Below are positions 1 through 9,999 of a stretch of 64,000 bases of DNA, piece after piece. Position numbers and translations under genes: made by a program. The notes beneath the pieces are model-generated. The model saw only the letters and a program-made list of their open reading frames with translations. It searched no databases and had not been told where the DNA came from. This stretch comes from Candidatus Bathyarchaeota archaeon. GTDB taxonomy: Archaea; Thermoproteota; Bathyarchaeia; Bathyarchaeales; Bathycorpusculaceae. The stretch spans positions 32,001 through 96,000 of the forward strand of contig CAVZIW010000013.1 in assembly GCA_963775465.1 (NCBI GenBank), written 5' to 3'. Position 1 is the stretch's first letter. Each line of letters opens with the position of its first letter.

Positions 1-4
1 AGAA

Positions 5-898
5 GTGAAACCTATGAGTAAGGAACTAAAAGTCTACATAGATGGAGAATATTACCCTAAATCCCAGGCTAAAATCTCCGTCTACGACCACGGGTTTCTT
101 TACGGAGACGGTGTGTTTGAAGGCATCCGAGAATACAACGGCGTAGTCTTCAAACTTAAAGAGCATATTGACCGTCTGTATCGTTCAGCACACGCCATAC
201 TTCTAAACATCCAAATCTCCAAAGAAGAAATGATGAAAGCCGTAGTTGAAACACTACGCAAAAACAAGATGAAAGACAGTTATATCCGATTAGTGGTTTC
301 AAGAGGAATCGGCGACCTCGGATTAGACCCCCGCAAATGCCCAAAACCTACAATAATAATAATAACTGACACAATTCAAATCCGAGCGGGAAACGCTAAA
401 GAGACAGGAATAACGACCGTTTTCAGCTGGGTCCGACGCAACCCCGTGGACGCAACCACACATGAGATAAAATCGCTTAATTACTTAAACAGCGTCTTGG
501 CAAAGATGGAGGCCAATGCGTGCGGTGTTGACGAAGCTATGTGCTTGGAAAGCAATGGCTACATCGCAGAGGGTGTTGGAGAAAATGTTTTCATCGTTAA
601 AAACGGTGAGGTCTTCACCCCACCAACATCAACAGGTGCATTAGCAGGTATAACCGCTAAGGTTGTGGAGGAAATTTGCGCGAAGCTTGGCATTAAACTC
701 ACCATTACAAACCTGACACCATTCATGCTTTTTACTGCTGATGAAGCCTTTTTCACCGGCACAGCAATGGAAATGGTGCCCATTCGTGAAGTTAACAAAC
801 GCCAAATCGGCAACGGCAAACCTGGACCCATCTCAAAGAAACTGATGCATGAGTTTCAGAAAGTAATCGAAGATCCCGAAAACGGCGTAAGAGTCTAG
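5..898 (+). CDS. ilvE: Branched-chain amino acid aminotransferase (PLP fold IV)
   Basis: DHGFLYGDGVFEG, IKSLNYL (PLP Lys), EGVGENVF, LAGIT and FFTGTAME motifs; ATG at 14 is an alternative start. Confidence 0.93.
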   Translation: MKPMSKELKVYIDGEYYPKSQAKISVYDHGFLYGDGVFEGIREYNGVVFKLKEHIDRLYRSAHAILLNIQISKEEMMKAVVETLRKNKMKDSYIRLVVSRGIGDLGLDPRKCPKPTIIIITDTIQIRAGNAKETGITTVFSWVRRNPVDATTHEIKSLNYLNSVLAKMEANACGVDEAMCLESNGYIAEGVGENVFIVKNGEVFTPPTSTGALAGITAKVVEEICAKLGIKLTITNLTPFMLFTADEAFFTGTAMEMVPIREVNKRQIGNGKPGPISKKLMHEFQKVIEDPENGVRV

Positions 899-905
899 AA
901 TTGTT

Positions 906-2141
906 TTAACCATGACCTACATGGCCGCGACTTATTTTATTTTTCTTGTTCATGAATTGCTCTAGACTATTGAATGCTTCTTCCAGCTCTTCGCAAGGCG
1001 GTAGAAACACTATTCTTGCATGATCTCTACCGTATAACGGGTCAAATCCTGAGCCATTCACTATTAATACACCGGTTTCTTTGAGAAGTTCTATAACAAA
1101 TTCCATGTCAGTTTTCCACCTTTTACCCACTTCGTGGATCTTAGGAAATATGTAGAATGCACCTTCTGGTTTTGTTGCTGTTATACCATGGATTTCGTTT
1201 AAGCGTTTAAACGCATAGTCTCGTCGTTCTTTTAGTCGTTCTACGATATCTTTTACAAAGTCTTGGGAACCATTGAGTGCAGCGGCTCCGGCGATTTGGA
1301 CAGGTGTGTTGGCGCATAGACGGATGCGGCATTGCTTTTCAACACCCAACTTGAGGTCGTCTAAGACTTTGCCTTCACCTTTAAAATATACATAACCCAG
1401 TCTCCACCCCGTCATCTGGTAGACTTTGGAGAATCCGTTGAGCCCAATGACTGGCACATCTTTGGAGAGATTTGCTGTACTAACGAATTCTTTCTCGAAA
1501 GTTAGTTGGTCGTAGATTTCATCGGATAGCACAGGCAGATTATTTTCGCCTGCGATATCAAGCATTTCCTTTAGCATTTTTCGAGTGTAAACTGAGCCTG
1601 TAGGATTATTTGGATTGGTTATGACAATCGCGCGTGTTTTAGTTGAAATTTTGCTCCGCAGGTCATCGATGTTTGGCTGCCACCCTTCCGCCTCGATAGT
1701 TTCGTAGGAGATTGGCGTGCCATCGAAGAATCTCGTATAGGAAATGTATGGTGGATAGGTAGGCCCCGGAAAAAGAATCTCAGCCCCTTTGTCAACTAGC
1801 GCAGCTAAAACCATCTGGATACCTTCCGAAATACCTTGGGTAATCAACACATTGCTAGAGGTGATGTCTACGTTGTTGACTCTCTTTTCTTTGCAAACTA
1901 TTGCTTCTCGAAGTTCAGGTATACCTTCGCTGGGTGAATAATAGTTGTCGTCAGATTCAATTGCTCTACAAAGCGCATCCTTTACATTTTGAGGCGTTGT
2001 GAAATCGAATGCTGCTGGATCGCCGATATTTAGGTAATAGATTTTTTTGCCGCTTTTGATAAGTTCCTGCGTGTGAACTATAACGTCTCGTATAGCATAC
2101 TCAATATCATTTGCCCTATTCGTTACTTTAACTTGCGGCAA
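906..2141 (-). CDS. Class I/II PLP aminotransferase (alanine aminotransferase-like)
   Basis: YAIRD, LNIGDP, NPNNPTG, SDEIYD, GFSKVYQMTGWRLG. Confidence 0.9.
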   Translation of the reverse strand: MPQVKVTNRANDIEYAIRDVIVHTQELIKSGKKIYYLNIGDPAAFDFTTPQNVKDALCRAIESDDNYYSPSEGIPELREAIVCKEKRVNNVDITSSNVLITQGISEGIQMVLAALVDKGAEILFPGPTYPPYISYTRFFDGTPISYETIEAEGWQPNIDDLRSKISTKTRAIVITNPNNPTGSVYTRKMLKEMLDIAGENNLPVLSDEIYDQLTFEKEFVSTANLSKDVPVIGLNGFSKVYQMTGWRLGYVYFKGEGKVLDDLKLGVEKQCRIRLCANTPVQIAGAAALNGSQDFVKDIVERLKERRDYAFKRLNEIHGITATKPEGAFYIFPKIHEVGKRWKTDMEFVIELLKETGVLIVNGSGFDPLYGRDHARIVFLPPCEELEEAFNSLEQFMNKKNKISRGHVGHG

Positions 2142-2357
2142 AGTTCATTTCCCTGTAACCAGAACACTTGCTAAGCCAAAAAATAAAGGTTCCTAACATT
2201 AAACCTACTCACAAGTCACTAAAATACAACGTTCCCGACTAACATTAGATATTTGGATTCAATAACCTCTTTGAAGAAATTACAGAAAACAGAGTATACT
2301 GCCATTTTTATTAAGAAGAACAAATCAAAACATTACTATAACATTTGAGGCAGTACA

Positions 2358-3272
2358 TTACGGGTTTTCCCATTTCTGCTTGGCGTATTCGATAAAACCC
2401 AAGACACAATTTTCCAGCATTGTTTTTGAGTAGATACGATGATTTTTTACAAAATCAACGATTCTACTCATTACTTTATCTTCGAGAATTATTCTGTCAC
2501 GAATTTGCTCTAAACTCTGATTCTTTTTAACACCGTCCTCGGCTATGTTTGCCCATAGTTGAAGCTGAACCTTATAGTCTCTAAGACGTTGAACAGCATC
2601 AGAAGCTTTGCCGAAGTGACTAAAGTAAAGCGCTTTGGGTTTTAGACTTATTAACTTATCCAAAGAGCTTAACGCTACTTCAAGATGAAAAGGTGGAGGA
2701 GTTGTTGGAACAATAACATCAAATTCAGGAAGGTATGTTCCAGCAGCGTCTCCTGGAAATATTCCATCATTAAATGATTCAAGAAAACTTAGGTTATGCG
2801 AGGCATGACCGATTGTTTCAGTCACATTTAATTTACCACCACACCCCAAATCGAACGAACCCTCTGTCATTGGAATCAACCTTTCCTTAGGGATGGATTC
2901 TGGTTTGCCAAAGATATCACTTATGAATCCGAGAACTAATTGAGAAGAGGCCCAAAGCCGCTCGGGGTCAACTAGGTGTGGTAATCCTCTGGGATGAACT
3001 ATAACTTTGGCCTTTGGCAGAGATTTTAACAGAGTACCTGCACCGCCTCCATGGTCTAAATGAACATGGGTTAGAGCAACATAATGGATATCTTCAAAGT
3101 CAATTTTTAACTCCTTCAACCCAGAGAGCAATCGTGGTACAGAAGATGTTGGTCCTGACTCGACCAAGAAAGGTTCTTCACCTGCAATTATGTAGCTGCA
3201 GATTAAGTTTTTAAACCCGCCAGTACACAGTTCAACCATGAACAACTTGTTACCTATTTTTTTAGCGTGCAC
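2358..3272 (-). CDS. Metallo-beta-lactamase-fold hydrolase
   Basis: THVHLDHGGG (HxHxDH), GHASH, FPGDAAG, FSHFG. Confidence 0.9.
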   Translation of the reverse strand: MHAKKIGNKLFMVELCTGGFKNLICSYIIAGEEPFLVESGPTSSVPRLLSGLKELKIDFEDIHYVALTHVHLDHGGGAGTLLKSLPKAKVIVHPRGLPHLVDPERLWASSQLVLGFISDIFGKPESIPKERLIPMTEGSFDLGCGGKLNVTETIGHASHNLSFLESFNDGIFPGDAAGTYLPEFDVIVPTTPPPFHLEVALSSLDKLISLKPKALYFSHFGKASDAVQRLRDYKVQLQLWANIAEDGVKKNQSLEQIRDRIILEDKVMSRIVDFVKNHRIYSKTMLENCVLGFIEYAKQKWENP

Positions 3273-3397
3273 AACCTTCCCTCAAATCAAGTTGTGTAGT
3301 TTTATCACGCCATAAATGTTTCCGTGAACAATGAGCAAACAACAAAACTTAATTACGCATAGTTATCTTAATCAAAGACTAAAAGGAGAAACTTCAC

Positions 3398-4054
3398 ATG
3401 TTGAAAGCAATCATATTCGGCGCGCCTGGTGCAGGAAAAGGAACATACGCCTCAAGACTTCAAGCAAAACTCGGTGTTGACGTTATTTCAATGGGAGATA
3501 TTTTCCGCGAATTAGTTAAAGAAAAATCGGATCTAAGCACCAAAGTTAAAAGCTACATGGAAAAAGGAGCTCTAGTTCCTGACGAAGTCGTTGTTGAAGT
3601 TCTAAAAGCTCATTTAGCAAAAATTTCTAAAGGAAGAGGCTTTATTCTCGACGGTTACCCACGCACACTCGACCAAGCAAAAAAACTTAACAGCATAACA
3701 AAAATTGATGTAATAATGCAGCTAAATGTTCCTGATTGGATAATTATCGAACGCTTATCCGCGCGTAGAGTGTGCAAAAGCTGCGGAACAGTATACAACG
3801 TGAAATATCTAAAATCCAAAGTTGAAGGTGTCTGCGATAAATGTGGGGGCTCGTTATATCAAAGAACAGATGACAACCCGGAAACGATAAAGAAACGACT
3901 AGAAATTTACCAAGAACAAACAAGTCCATTAATAGCTTACTACAAGGAAATGAAAGTTCCCTTCATAGAACTGGAAACAAAAACGCTTGATCAACCTACA
4001 GAGCCCATGGTTGAAAAACTGCTATCGGAACTAAAAAGACTAAAGTTCGCTTAA
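3398..4054 (+). CDS. adk: Adenylate kinase (long, Zn-lid type)
   Basis: GAPGAGKGT P-loop, LDGYPRT, CxxC...CxxC lid, RTDD. Confidence 0.95.
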   Translation: MLKAIIFGAPGAGKGTYASRLQAKLGVDVISMGDIFRELVKEKSDLSTKVKSYMEKGALVPDEVVVEVLKAHLAKISKGRGFILDGYPRTLDQAKKLNSITKIDVIMQLNVPDWIIIERLSARRVCKSCGTVYNVKYLKSKVEGVCDKCGGSLYQRTDDNPETIKKRLEIYQEQTSPLIAYYKEMKVPFIELETKTLDQPTEPMVEKLLSELKRLKFA

Positions 4055-4500
4055 ATATCTAGGATAAACTCCAAAATCACTCTATCGATCTCTTGGATTA
4101 TAAACATGCGATGGTATGTTACCGCTTTAACGGCGACCCTCTGAGGGTGTTTTTCGGAGTTGAATTTTTCGCCCCAAATTTTTGCTTCTATTTTGAAAGT
4201 TTCAGAAGTTTCCTTCAAACTGGTTATTAGGAATTTTGAGTAGAGCATGTTTTCGGTTTCAAACTTTACAAGCAAAGTTTCAAGCCAATTATAAAGCAGA
4301 GCGTAGTGGTCTTCGGCTCCAACTTCAATAGTTTCTTCTTGTAACTGAGCGATCTTATCGGTATCGGTCATCGTTTCAAACATCGATAATGCAGCGTTTT
4401 CGTACGCTTCCTCAATGTTTCTTCCGTGTGCACGAACGTAAACATCTGCAGTGTGTTCCAGAAATTCGAATCGCCCGGCAAATTTGTCAGGTTTACTCAT
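4051..4500 (-). CDS. Archease (RtcB activator)
   Basis: FLEHTADV N-terminal motif, VKAVTYH, C-terminal ILDI. Confidence 0.93.
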   Translation of the reverse strand: MSKPDKFAGRFEFLEHTADVYVRAHGRNIEEAYENAALSMFETMTDTDKIAQLQEETIEVGAEDHYALLYNWLETLLVKFETENMLYSKFLITSLKETSETFKIEAKIWGEKFNSEKHPQRVAVKAVTYHRMFIIQEIDRVILEFILDI

Positions 4501-4614
4501 TTTCTATAACCAATACCAAGTAAACTATAGTGGAATAAAAACAAATTATTAATTTAGAAATAAGGAATTTAGGTAAAGGAGAAAAAATGAAGAAAAAATG
4601 TGCTATCTATCACA

Positions 4615-4767
4615 TTAAAAGAACCATTTTTCTTTTTTAGGGAAATCTTTGCATTTGTAGATACGAAGCTGTCTTTGTGGTTCGATGCGACAACGCTTGC
4701 GTGCGTTCTTTCTTCTAAGAAGAGGGGCGAGTTGAAAGAAAGGGCATTTGGAACAAAGAGTGCTCAT
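4615..4767 (-). CDS. Small basic Cys-rich protein (50 aa), not in the ORF track
   Basis: Manual translation MSTLCSKCPFFQLAPLLRRKNARKRCRIEPQRQLRIYKCKDFPKKEKWFF; GGAG RBS upstream; starts 10 nt after the permease stop. Confidence 0.6.
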   Translation of the reverse strand: MSTLCSKCPFFQLAPLLRRKNARKRCRIEPQRQLRIYKCKDFPKKEKWFF

Positions 4768-4777
4768 GTTTGTTCTC

Positions 4778-5962
4778 CTATCGGGTCATCATCCTTCGGA
4801 ATACCGGTAGTGCAATAGCTATCATTACTATACCGAACACGATCAGTATGATAAGTTCTGTTGAAATTTGCGGTATTCCAGCTCCTAAAACCATGACTTT
4901 CCGTAAGGCATCTGAAGCATATGTTAAAGGCAAAATTTTGCTTATGTCCTGCATATACCATGGCATCTGCTGTATTGGGAAAAACACTCCGCTAAGGAAC
5001 ATCATCGGAAACATCAAAGTCATCATGAGCATCTGTGCGGTTTCTTGGTCTTTTGTGAAGGACGTTATCACTATCCCTAACCCCACGAAGCTAAATACAC
5101 CAAGCAAAAGCAAAGCAAACACCAGCAAGATATTACCTTGTATGGCGACCCCAAAAATTCCAATGGCTAGAGCTAAGATTATTACTCCTTGGATTAAGCC
5201 GCGGCCAGTTTGAGCCATAGTTTTACCCAGCAAAATAGACAATCGATTCACTGGTGCAACCATCATGCCATCCATTGTGCCGATTTCTTTTTCCTGCGAA
5301 ATCGCAACTGGCAAACCAGTCATTACACTCATCATAACCGTCATAGCCATTATGCCTGGTGCAATGAAGTCAAAGTAGCTTGGGTGACCTGAAACGACAC
5401 CTTGAGTCTGAACACTGTAAGGTTGGACAACAGCAAGAGAATTTGTCGCATTCAAGGGTAAAACATTGTTTATCGCAAGCTGTTGGCTCATTGCGTTAAA
5501 TACACCAGTTAGTGCGGCTTGTATTGTCGCGGAGATTTGCGGGTTAGATTCATCACTAACTATGACGAGTGTACCTTGCTGTCCAGTTAGCAGACTCTGG
5601 GAGAAATTGCTGGGAATTAAGATACCCCCTTCAAGTTCTCCTCGTTGAACCATATCTTTAAGTTCAGCCTGACTTGACACATTAGTAATTACCAGCATGT
5701 GAGTTTGATCGTTGATTTGCGTTAAGCCCATCAGGAAAGCTTGACTTGGAGCAGTTGAACTGTTAAAAGGCGAATCCTCATTAACCAACCCAATTTTTAA
5801 ATCAGTAATCGTGCCATTCGATGGGTAAATAAAACCAACCATAACCATCATGAACAATGGCATGACGATTAAAAGCACTAAACCGAGCCTGTTGCGAAAC
5901 AGTTCTGTTAAGTCTTTTTTTGCGATCCTATAACTGTGTTGTAGAATTGTTTTTGCTGTCAT
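4778..5962 (-). CDS. ABC-2 type exporter permease
   Basis: N-terminal TM, large external loop, EKEIGT motif, FLSGVFFP, PLTYASDALR. Confidence 0.92.
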   Translation of the reverse strand: MTAKTILQHSYRIAKKDLTELFRNRLGLVLLIVMPLFMMVMVGFIYPSNGTITDLKIGLVNEDSPFNSSTAPSQAFLMGLTQINDQTHMLVITNVSSQAELKDMVQRGELEGGILIPSNFSQSLLTGQQGTLVIVSDESNPQISATIQAALTGVFNAMSQQLAINNVLPLNATNSLAVVQPYSVQTQGVVSGHPSYFDFIAPGIMAMTVMMSVMTGLPVAISQEKEIGTMDGMMVAPVNRLSILLGKTMAQTGRGLIQGVIILALAIGIFGVAIQGNILLVFALLLLGVFSFVGLGIVITSFTKDQETAQMLMMTLMFPMMFLSGVFFPIQQMPWYMQDISKILPLTYASDALRKVMVLGAGIPQISTELIILIVFGIVMIAIALPVFRRMMTR

Positions 5963-5967
5963 ATCTA

Positions 5968-6987
5968 TTACCTTACCCTCCTTGGTGATGCACCAAATCG
6001 TGGGCCATGTTCCTGCTTGATTTTTTGGTCTGCGCTGTCTCTGACTTCATGACCGGTTATGTGTAGAAATACGTCTTCAAGTGAGGGTTGCAGGTTTTCC
6101 ATGGAAGTTATTTTTCCGTTTCTTTTTCTTACTGCATCGATTATGTTGTCGAAGGCTTCTTCGCCGTGAACGATTAGGTGTAGCTGTCTGGAGTTTTCTT
6201 GGGTGACTGCATCTGCGCATTTGAGGGCTTTTATATCGGTCAACATACCGGGGGTTAGGTTTGCTATTTCTAGTTTAACAATCATGGTATCTGCTCCTGA
6301 AATTATTTTTTTGAGGTTAGTTGATGTGTCAAGAGCTATAATTTTTCCGTGGTCAACGATAGCTATGCGATCGCATAACAAGTCAGCGTCAACCATCATA
6401 TGTGTAGTTATGATAACTGTCGTTCCTTGTTCTTGATTGAGCTTTTTGATGAAATCCCTTATTTCTACTGATGATTGAGGGTCTAAGCCTAAGGTAGGTT
6501 CATCAAGAAACAAAACTTTAGGCATGTTAAGCAGTGCACGGACAACGTTCATTCTTTGGCGCATACCGGTTGAGAACGTGCCAACTTGTGCGTTTTTCCA
6601 TTTTGTTAACTGGACAAGTTCAAGTAATTCATCGATTCTTTTGTTTAATGTGCCTTTTGGTATGTTGAAGAGGCTGCCAAAGAACCAGAGGTTCTCTTTT
6701 GCTGTTAAACGATTGTAAATAATCATTTTTTCTGAAACGATGCCGATTAGTTTGCGTACTTCCATATCATGTTTAACTGTGTCGTATCCTCCGATTGTAG
6801 CTGTTCCCCTTGTAGGTCGTGAGAGCGTAGAGAGCATACGCAGAGTTGTGCTTTTGCCTGCCCCGTTGGGTCCTAGCAAGCCAAATATTTCGCCTTTCTT
6901 GACGCTGAATGATATGTCTTCTACAGCAGTGAACTTTCCAAACATCTTTGTCAGGTTTTGTACTTCAATTATTTTTCCGTTGTCCAT
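5968..6987 (-). CDS. ABC exporter ATP-binding subunit (DrrA-like)
   Basis: GPNGAGKST, FSTGMRQR, LFLDEPTLGLD, TTH; start placed at ATG 6987. Confidence 0.93.
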   Translation of the reverse strand: MDNGKIIEVQNLTKMFGKFTAVEDISFSVKKGEIFGLLGPNGAGKSTTLRMLSTLSRPTRGTATIGGYDTVKHDMEVRKLIGIVSEKMIIYNRLTAKENLWFFGSLFNIPKGTLNKRIDELLELVQLTKWKNAQVGTFSTGMRQRMNVVRALLNMPKVLFLDEPTLGLDPQSSVEIRDFIKKLNQEQGTTVIITTHMMVDADLLCDRIAIVDHGKIIALDTSTNLKKIISGADTMIVKLEIANLTPGMLTDIKALKCADAVTQENSRQLHLIVHGEEAFDNIIDAVRKRNGKITSMENLQPSLEDVFLHITGHEVRDSADQKIKQEHGPRFGASPRRVR

Positions 6988-7075
6988 GGGTAAGATCACT
7001 TTGCAATATTATTCAGTGCAATATATAGCGGCAAAATATAAGTATTCCCTAAAACAAATACCTAATTGAAAGCCA

Positions 7076-7669
7076 ATGACAACTGAAACCGAGGATAAGA
7101 CAACTGCAAGTTGGATGAAAGAAGCCCAAAAAGGCATTATCCGCATGGGAGTACTAATTCTCATCAACAAGAAACCTTCCCACGGCTACGAAATCATGAA
7201 AGAAATCAACAGCCGAACTAAAGGTTTCTGGCAACCTACTGCAGGCGGCGTCTACCCCATCCTTCGCAATCTAGAAAATTCAGGTTACATTAAAGGTAAA
7301 TGGCAAACCCAAAAGAATCGGCGTCTAAGAGTTTACCAAATCACCGAATCAGGAGAACAAATCCTAAGAAAAGCAATATTGAAGCAAACAGAAATCACAA
7401 ACAACATCGGGAACCTTTTCCGAGAATTCGCTCGAGATGTCCTAAACATCGAATTGGAAAATTGGTCTGCGCCCAACATACCGTCACCGTTGTCAGCATT
7501 CCTTGAAGAAAAAATCGGTTCTGAATGTAACCTCAAACAGTTAGAGTATGAACGCAAACACATCTATGAAGCGATAAAAAGCATACGGGATAGACTGAAA
7601 CTTCTCGATAAAAGAATTGCCGAAATCAAAAAAGAAGAAAAAACCGATCCTTCACCAGTGAATTCTTAG
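7076..7669 (+). CDS. PadR-family transcriptional regulator
   Basis: HGYEIMKEI, GGVYPILRNLE, RRLRVYQITESG; divergent from the ABC operon. Confidence 0.9.
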   Translation: MTTETEDKTTASWMKEAQKGIIRMGVLILINKKPSHGYEIMKEINSRTKGFWQPTAGGVYPILRNLENSGYIKGKWQTQKNRRLRVYQITESGEQILRKAILKQTEITNNIGNLFREFARDVLNIELENWSAPNIPSPLSAFLEEKIGSECNLKQLEYERKHIYEAIKSIRDRLKLLDKRIAEIKKEEKTDPSPVNS

Positions 7670-7870
7670 GGAATTGCGAAACTGTTATTTCAAACACCCC
7701 AATTAATGAGTCAGATTGGCAGTGCACCTCGATTTTAATCTTTTAAGAATTTCAGGTTTAAAGCGGAGTCGCAAAAATCCTATGTCTCTAGATATGTGCA
7801 TTAGAAAGCAAATTTCCCTGCAGTCTGTGTAAACAATTTAAATCTGAGATTCACTATCCATAAGGAGAGT

Positions 7871-8203
7871 GTGAAATATTTGTTCCGCGTTAGAGTCAAC
7901 AAAATCGAATCTACCCGTGACTTAGACGGCAACCTTGGAAAGAGAATAGAGTTACTTGAAGAAAGGGAAGTAAACCCCTACATACTCCGACCACAATCAG
8001 ATGAAGCCAAGATGGCTCAAGATATAATGCAAGCACTTCAGACGCAAATGCCATTTCTACCTCAAAAAAATCAAATGGCAACTCCTAAGATTATCTTGTT
8101 CCTAACTGAGCATGAATACGACAGTTTAGAGATAAGTTTTGACGTAAACCAAGTCTACGAGGTAGTTTTGGAGAACCAGTCAATTAGGTTTAAGAAAGTT
8201 TGA
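7871..8203 (+). CDS. Arcadin-1-like protein
   Basis: Pattern D.DGNLGKRIELLEERE...PKIILFLTEHEYD.L..FDV.QVYEV resembles Pyrobaculum arcadin-1 as recalled; GGAG RBS before GTG. Confidence 0.7.
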   Translation: MKYLFRVRVNKIESTRDLDGNLGKRIELLEEREVNPYILRPQSDEAKMAQDIMQALQTQMPFLPQKNQMATPKIILFLTEHEYDSLEISFDVNQVYEVVLENQSIRFKKV

Positions 8204-8537
8204 TTAGTTGGTTTCTAATTTCCTTTAGCGCAGAGTGCTTTGGGTGGAAAGAAAGGACAAACATCATTTTTCTCAATGCACAGCTGATTTCATCCAAGTT
8301 TGATATTTTTCCTTCATCACAATAGAGCGGTATTGGCTCTTTGTCGTCGTTTTCTTCGTAGTAAACATAGATTGGTGAGGCTGCTTTGTCAAAGTGGACC
8401 ATTTCAAAATCCAAATTCAACCGTTTTGCTGTCATTTTAGCAGCATATTTAACTGAATCTAATCGGTTTTTGCTTGGAGGACTATTTGAAGCGAAAACCA
8501 TCAATTTTCCACAGTTTCCCTTAAACATGTTCGCCAC
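8190..8537 (-). CDS. Hypothetical protein
   Basis: 115-aa ORF with protein-like composition; 3' end overlaps the arcadin-1 gene. Confidence 0.7.
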   Translation of the reverse strand: MANMFKGNCGKLMVFASNSPPSKNRLDSVKYAAKMTAKRLNLDFEMVHFDKAASPIYVYYEENDDKEPIPLYCDEGKISNLDEISCALRKMMFVLSFHPKHSALKEIRNQLIKLS

Positions 8538-8707
8538 AAGTTAGTTTTTATTAGAAATTCTTTTAAAACAAATCCTCAGGCGACATTTTAGAGCACTAGA
8601 GAGATAATTGAAAGTGAATCGCAGAGGAAGAATGTTTTGTTGCTGTATTGTGTCAATCACAACGGCTTAAATTATAAACTAAAGCTTGATTATAGCGGGT
8701 TGATTTA

Positions 8708-9160
8708 TTGCAAGACGAGCATTGGCAAATGCCTGAATGGTGGTATCGAGAAAAACGTCCTTCAAGTGATGAATGTTATTTTGAGAATATGTCTCGAGTA
8801 ATATTTCAAGCAGGCTTAAACTGGCAAGTTATAGATAAAAAATGGTCAACTATTAGAAGGGCTTTTGAAAATTTTAACATTAGCAAAGTGGCAACTTATA
8901 CTGCTTCAGATGTTGAAATCCTCATGAGGGATCAAGGAATCGTCAGAAACAGAGGTAAAATAAAGGCAATAATCCAAAATGCACAAAATTTTGTTGCGAT
9001 AGAGAAGCAGTTTGGCTCATTTCAAAAATATCTCGATAGCTTAGATAAGTCAAGCAATTACGAAGATGTGGTCAAAGATTTAGTAAACAAATTCAAGTGG
9101 TTAGGATCACCCTCGGCGAGCCTATTTTTATACACGGTTGGCGAAAAAATAGAACCGTAG
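8708..9160 (+). CDS. tag: DNA-3-methyladenine glycosylase I family
   Basis: FQAGLNW, AFENF, GIVRNRGKIKAIIQNA. Confidence 0.85.
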   Translation: MQDEHWQMPEWWYREKRPSSDECYFENMSRVIFQAGLNWQVIDKKWSTIRRAFENFNISKVATYTASDVEILMRDQGIVRNRGKIKAIIQNAQNFVAIEKQFGSFQKYLDSLDKSSNYEDVVKDLVNKFKWLGSPSASLFLYTVGEKIEP

Positions 9161-9215
9161 TTAAGTTTTGTAACCTAAGTTTTTAAATTCAACAGTTAAT
9201 TTATCATCGAAATCT

Positions 9216-9494
9216 ATGAGATCAAAAGTAAGAGTTCACGTTCTGATAAGTGGCAGAGTTCAAGGTGTTTTCTTTAGACAAAATACTAAACTTCGTGCTG
9301 AAATCTTAGGAGTAAAGGGGTGGGTACGCAATTTGGCTGATGGTAGGGTGGAAGCGGTTTTTGAGGGAGAAGAATCAGCTGTAAAGAATGCTGTTGAGTA
9401 CTGCCGCCATGGTCCCAACAATGCCAAAGTTGAAAACGTTGAAGTACGCCACGAGAATTATAGTGGTGATTTTTTCGATTTCCAAATCAGATAA
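9216..9494 (+). CDS. acyP: Acylphosphatase
   Basis: GRVQGVFFR, GWVRNLADGRVE. Confidence 0.95.
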   Translation: MRSKVRVHVLISGRVQGVFFRQNTKLRAEILGVKGWVRNLADGRVEAVFEGEESAVKNAVEYCRHGPNNAKVENVEVRHENYSGDFFDFQIR

Positions 9495-9500
9495 GAAAAA

Positions 9501-9920
9501 TCAGGTTTTTTTCTTGGGCACCCTAAAATGAGAGTCTTTCCCAGCGCTGATGTATTCTCCGCCCATGCCTCGAACTGCGGAGGCTATCTTGGCAAAGTTC
9601 TCTGAGCCTAAGAACATCTTGGGCTGAATTATAATGTAGTCGTCTTTTTCGTCAAAACTCAATCTAGACTCAAGTTCCTCAGGAAAAGACATACGGATGT
9701 CATCTACAGACCTCTGCCTAGATGTGTCAGGTGGAACAACAGATGCGGGAGGAATTATTGATGTATTGATTTGACCAGTAGGTTGCGTTAATTGGCCAAC
9801 TGCAAGTGATTTCAATGACGCAGAAATTGTCCGTAGTTCGGCTGAAATCTTGTTCAATTCTGAGGTAACCGTGTCTACTTTTTGCAACAGTTGAGTTAAT
9901 TTTTCTCTATCACTGTTCAC
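9501..9920 (-). CDS. Hypothetical protein (N-terminal coiled coil, Pro linker, C-terminal globular domain)
   Basis: Heptad-like N-terminus; GAGGGAG RBS before GTG. Confidence 0.75.
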   Translation of the reverse strand: MNSDREKLTQLLQKVDTVTSELNKISAELRTISASLKSLAVGQLTQPTGQINTSIIPPASVVPPDTSRQRSVDDIRMSFPEELESRLSFDEKDDYIIIQPKMFLGSENFAKIASAVRGMGGEYISAGKDSHFRVPKKKT

Positions 9921-9999
9921 GTAAACTCCCTCTCAAACCCCTAAATAATCGATGAGGCTTATTAAATTGTTTGCAAACTACCCAAAGTGAAAAAACTGA

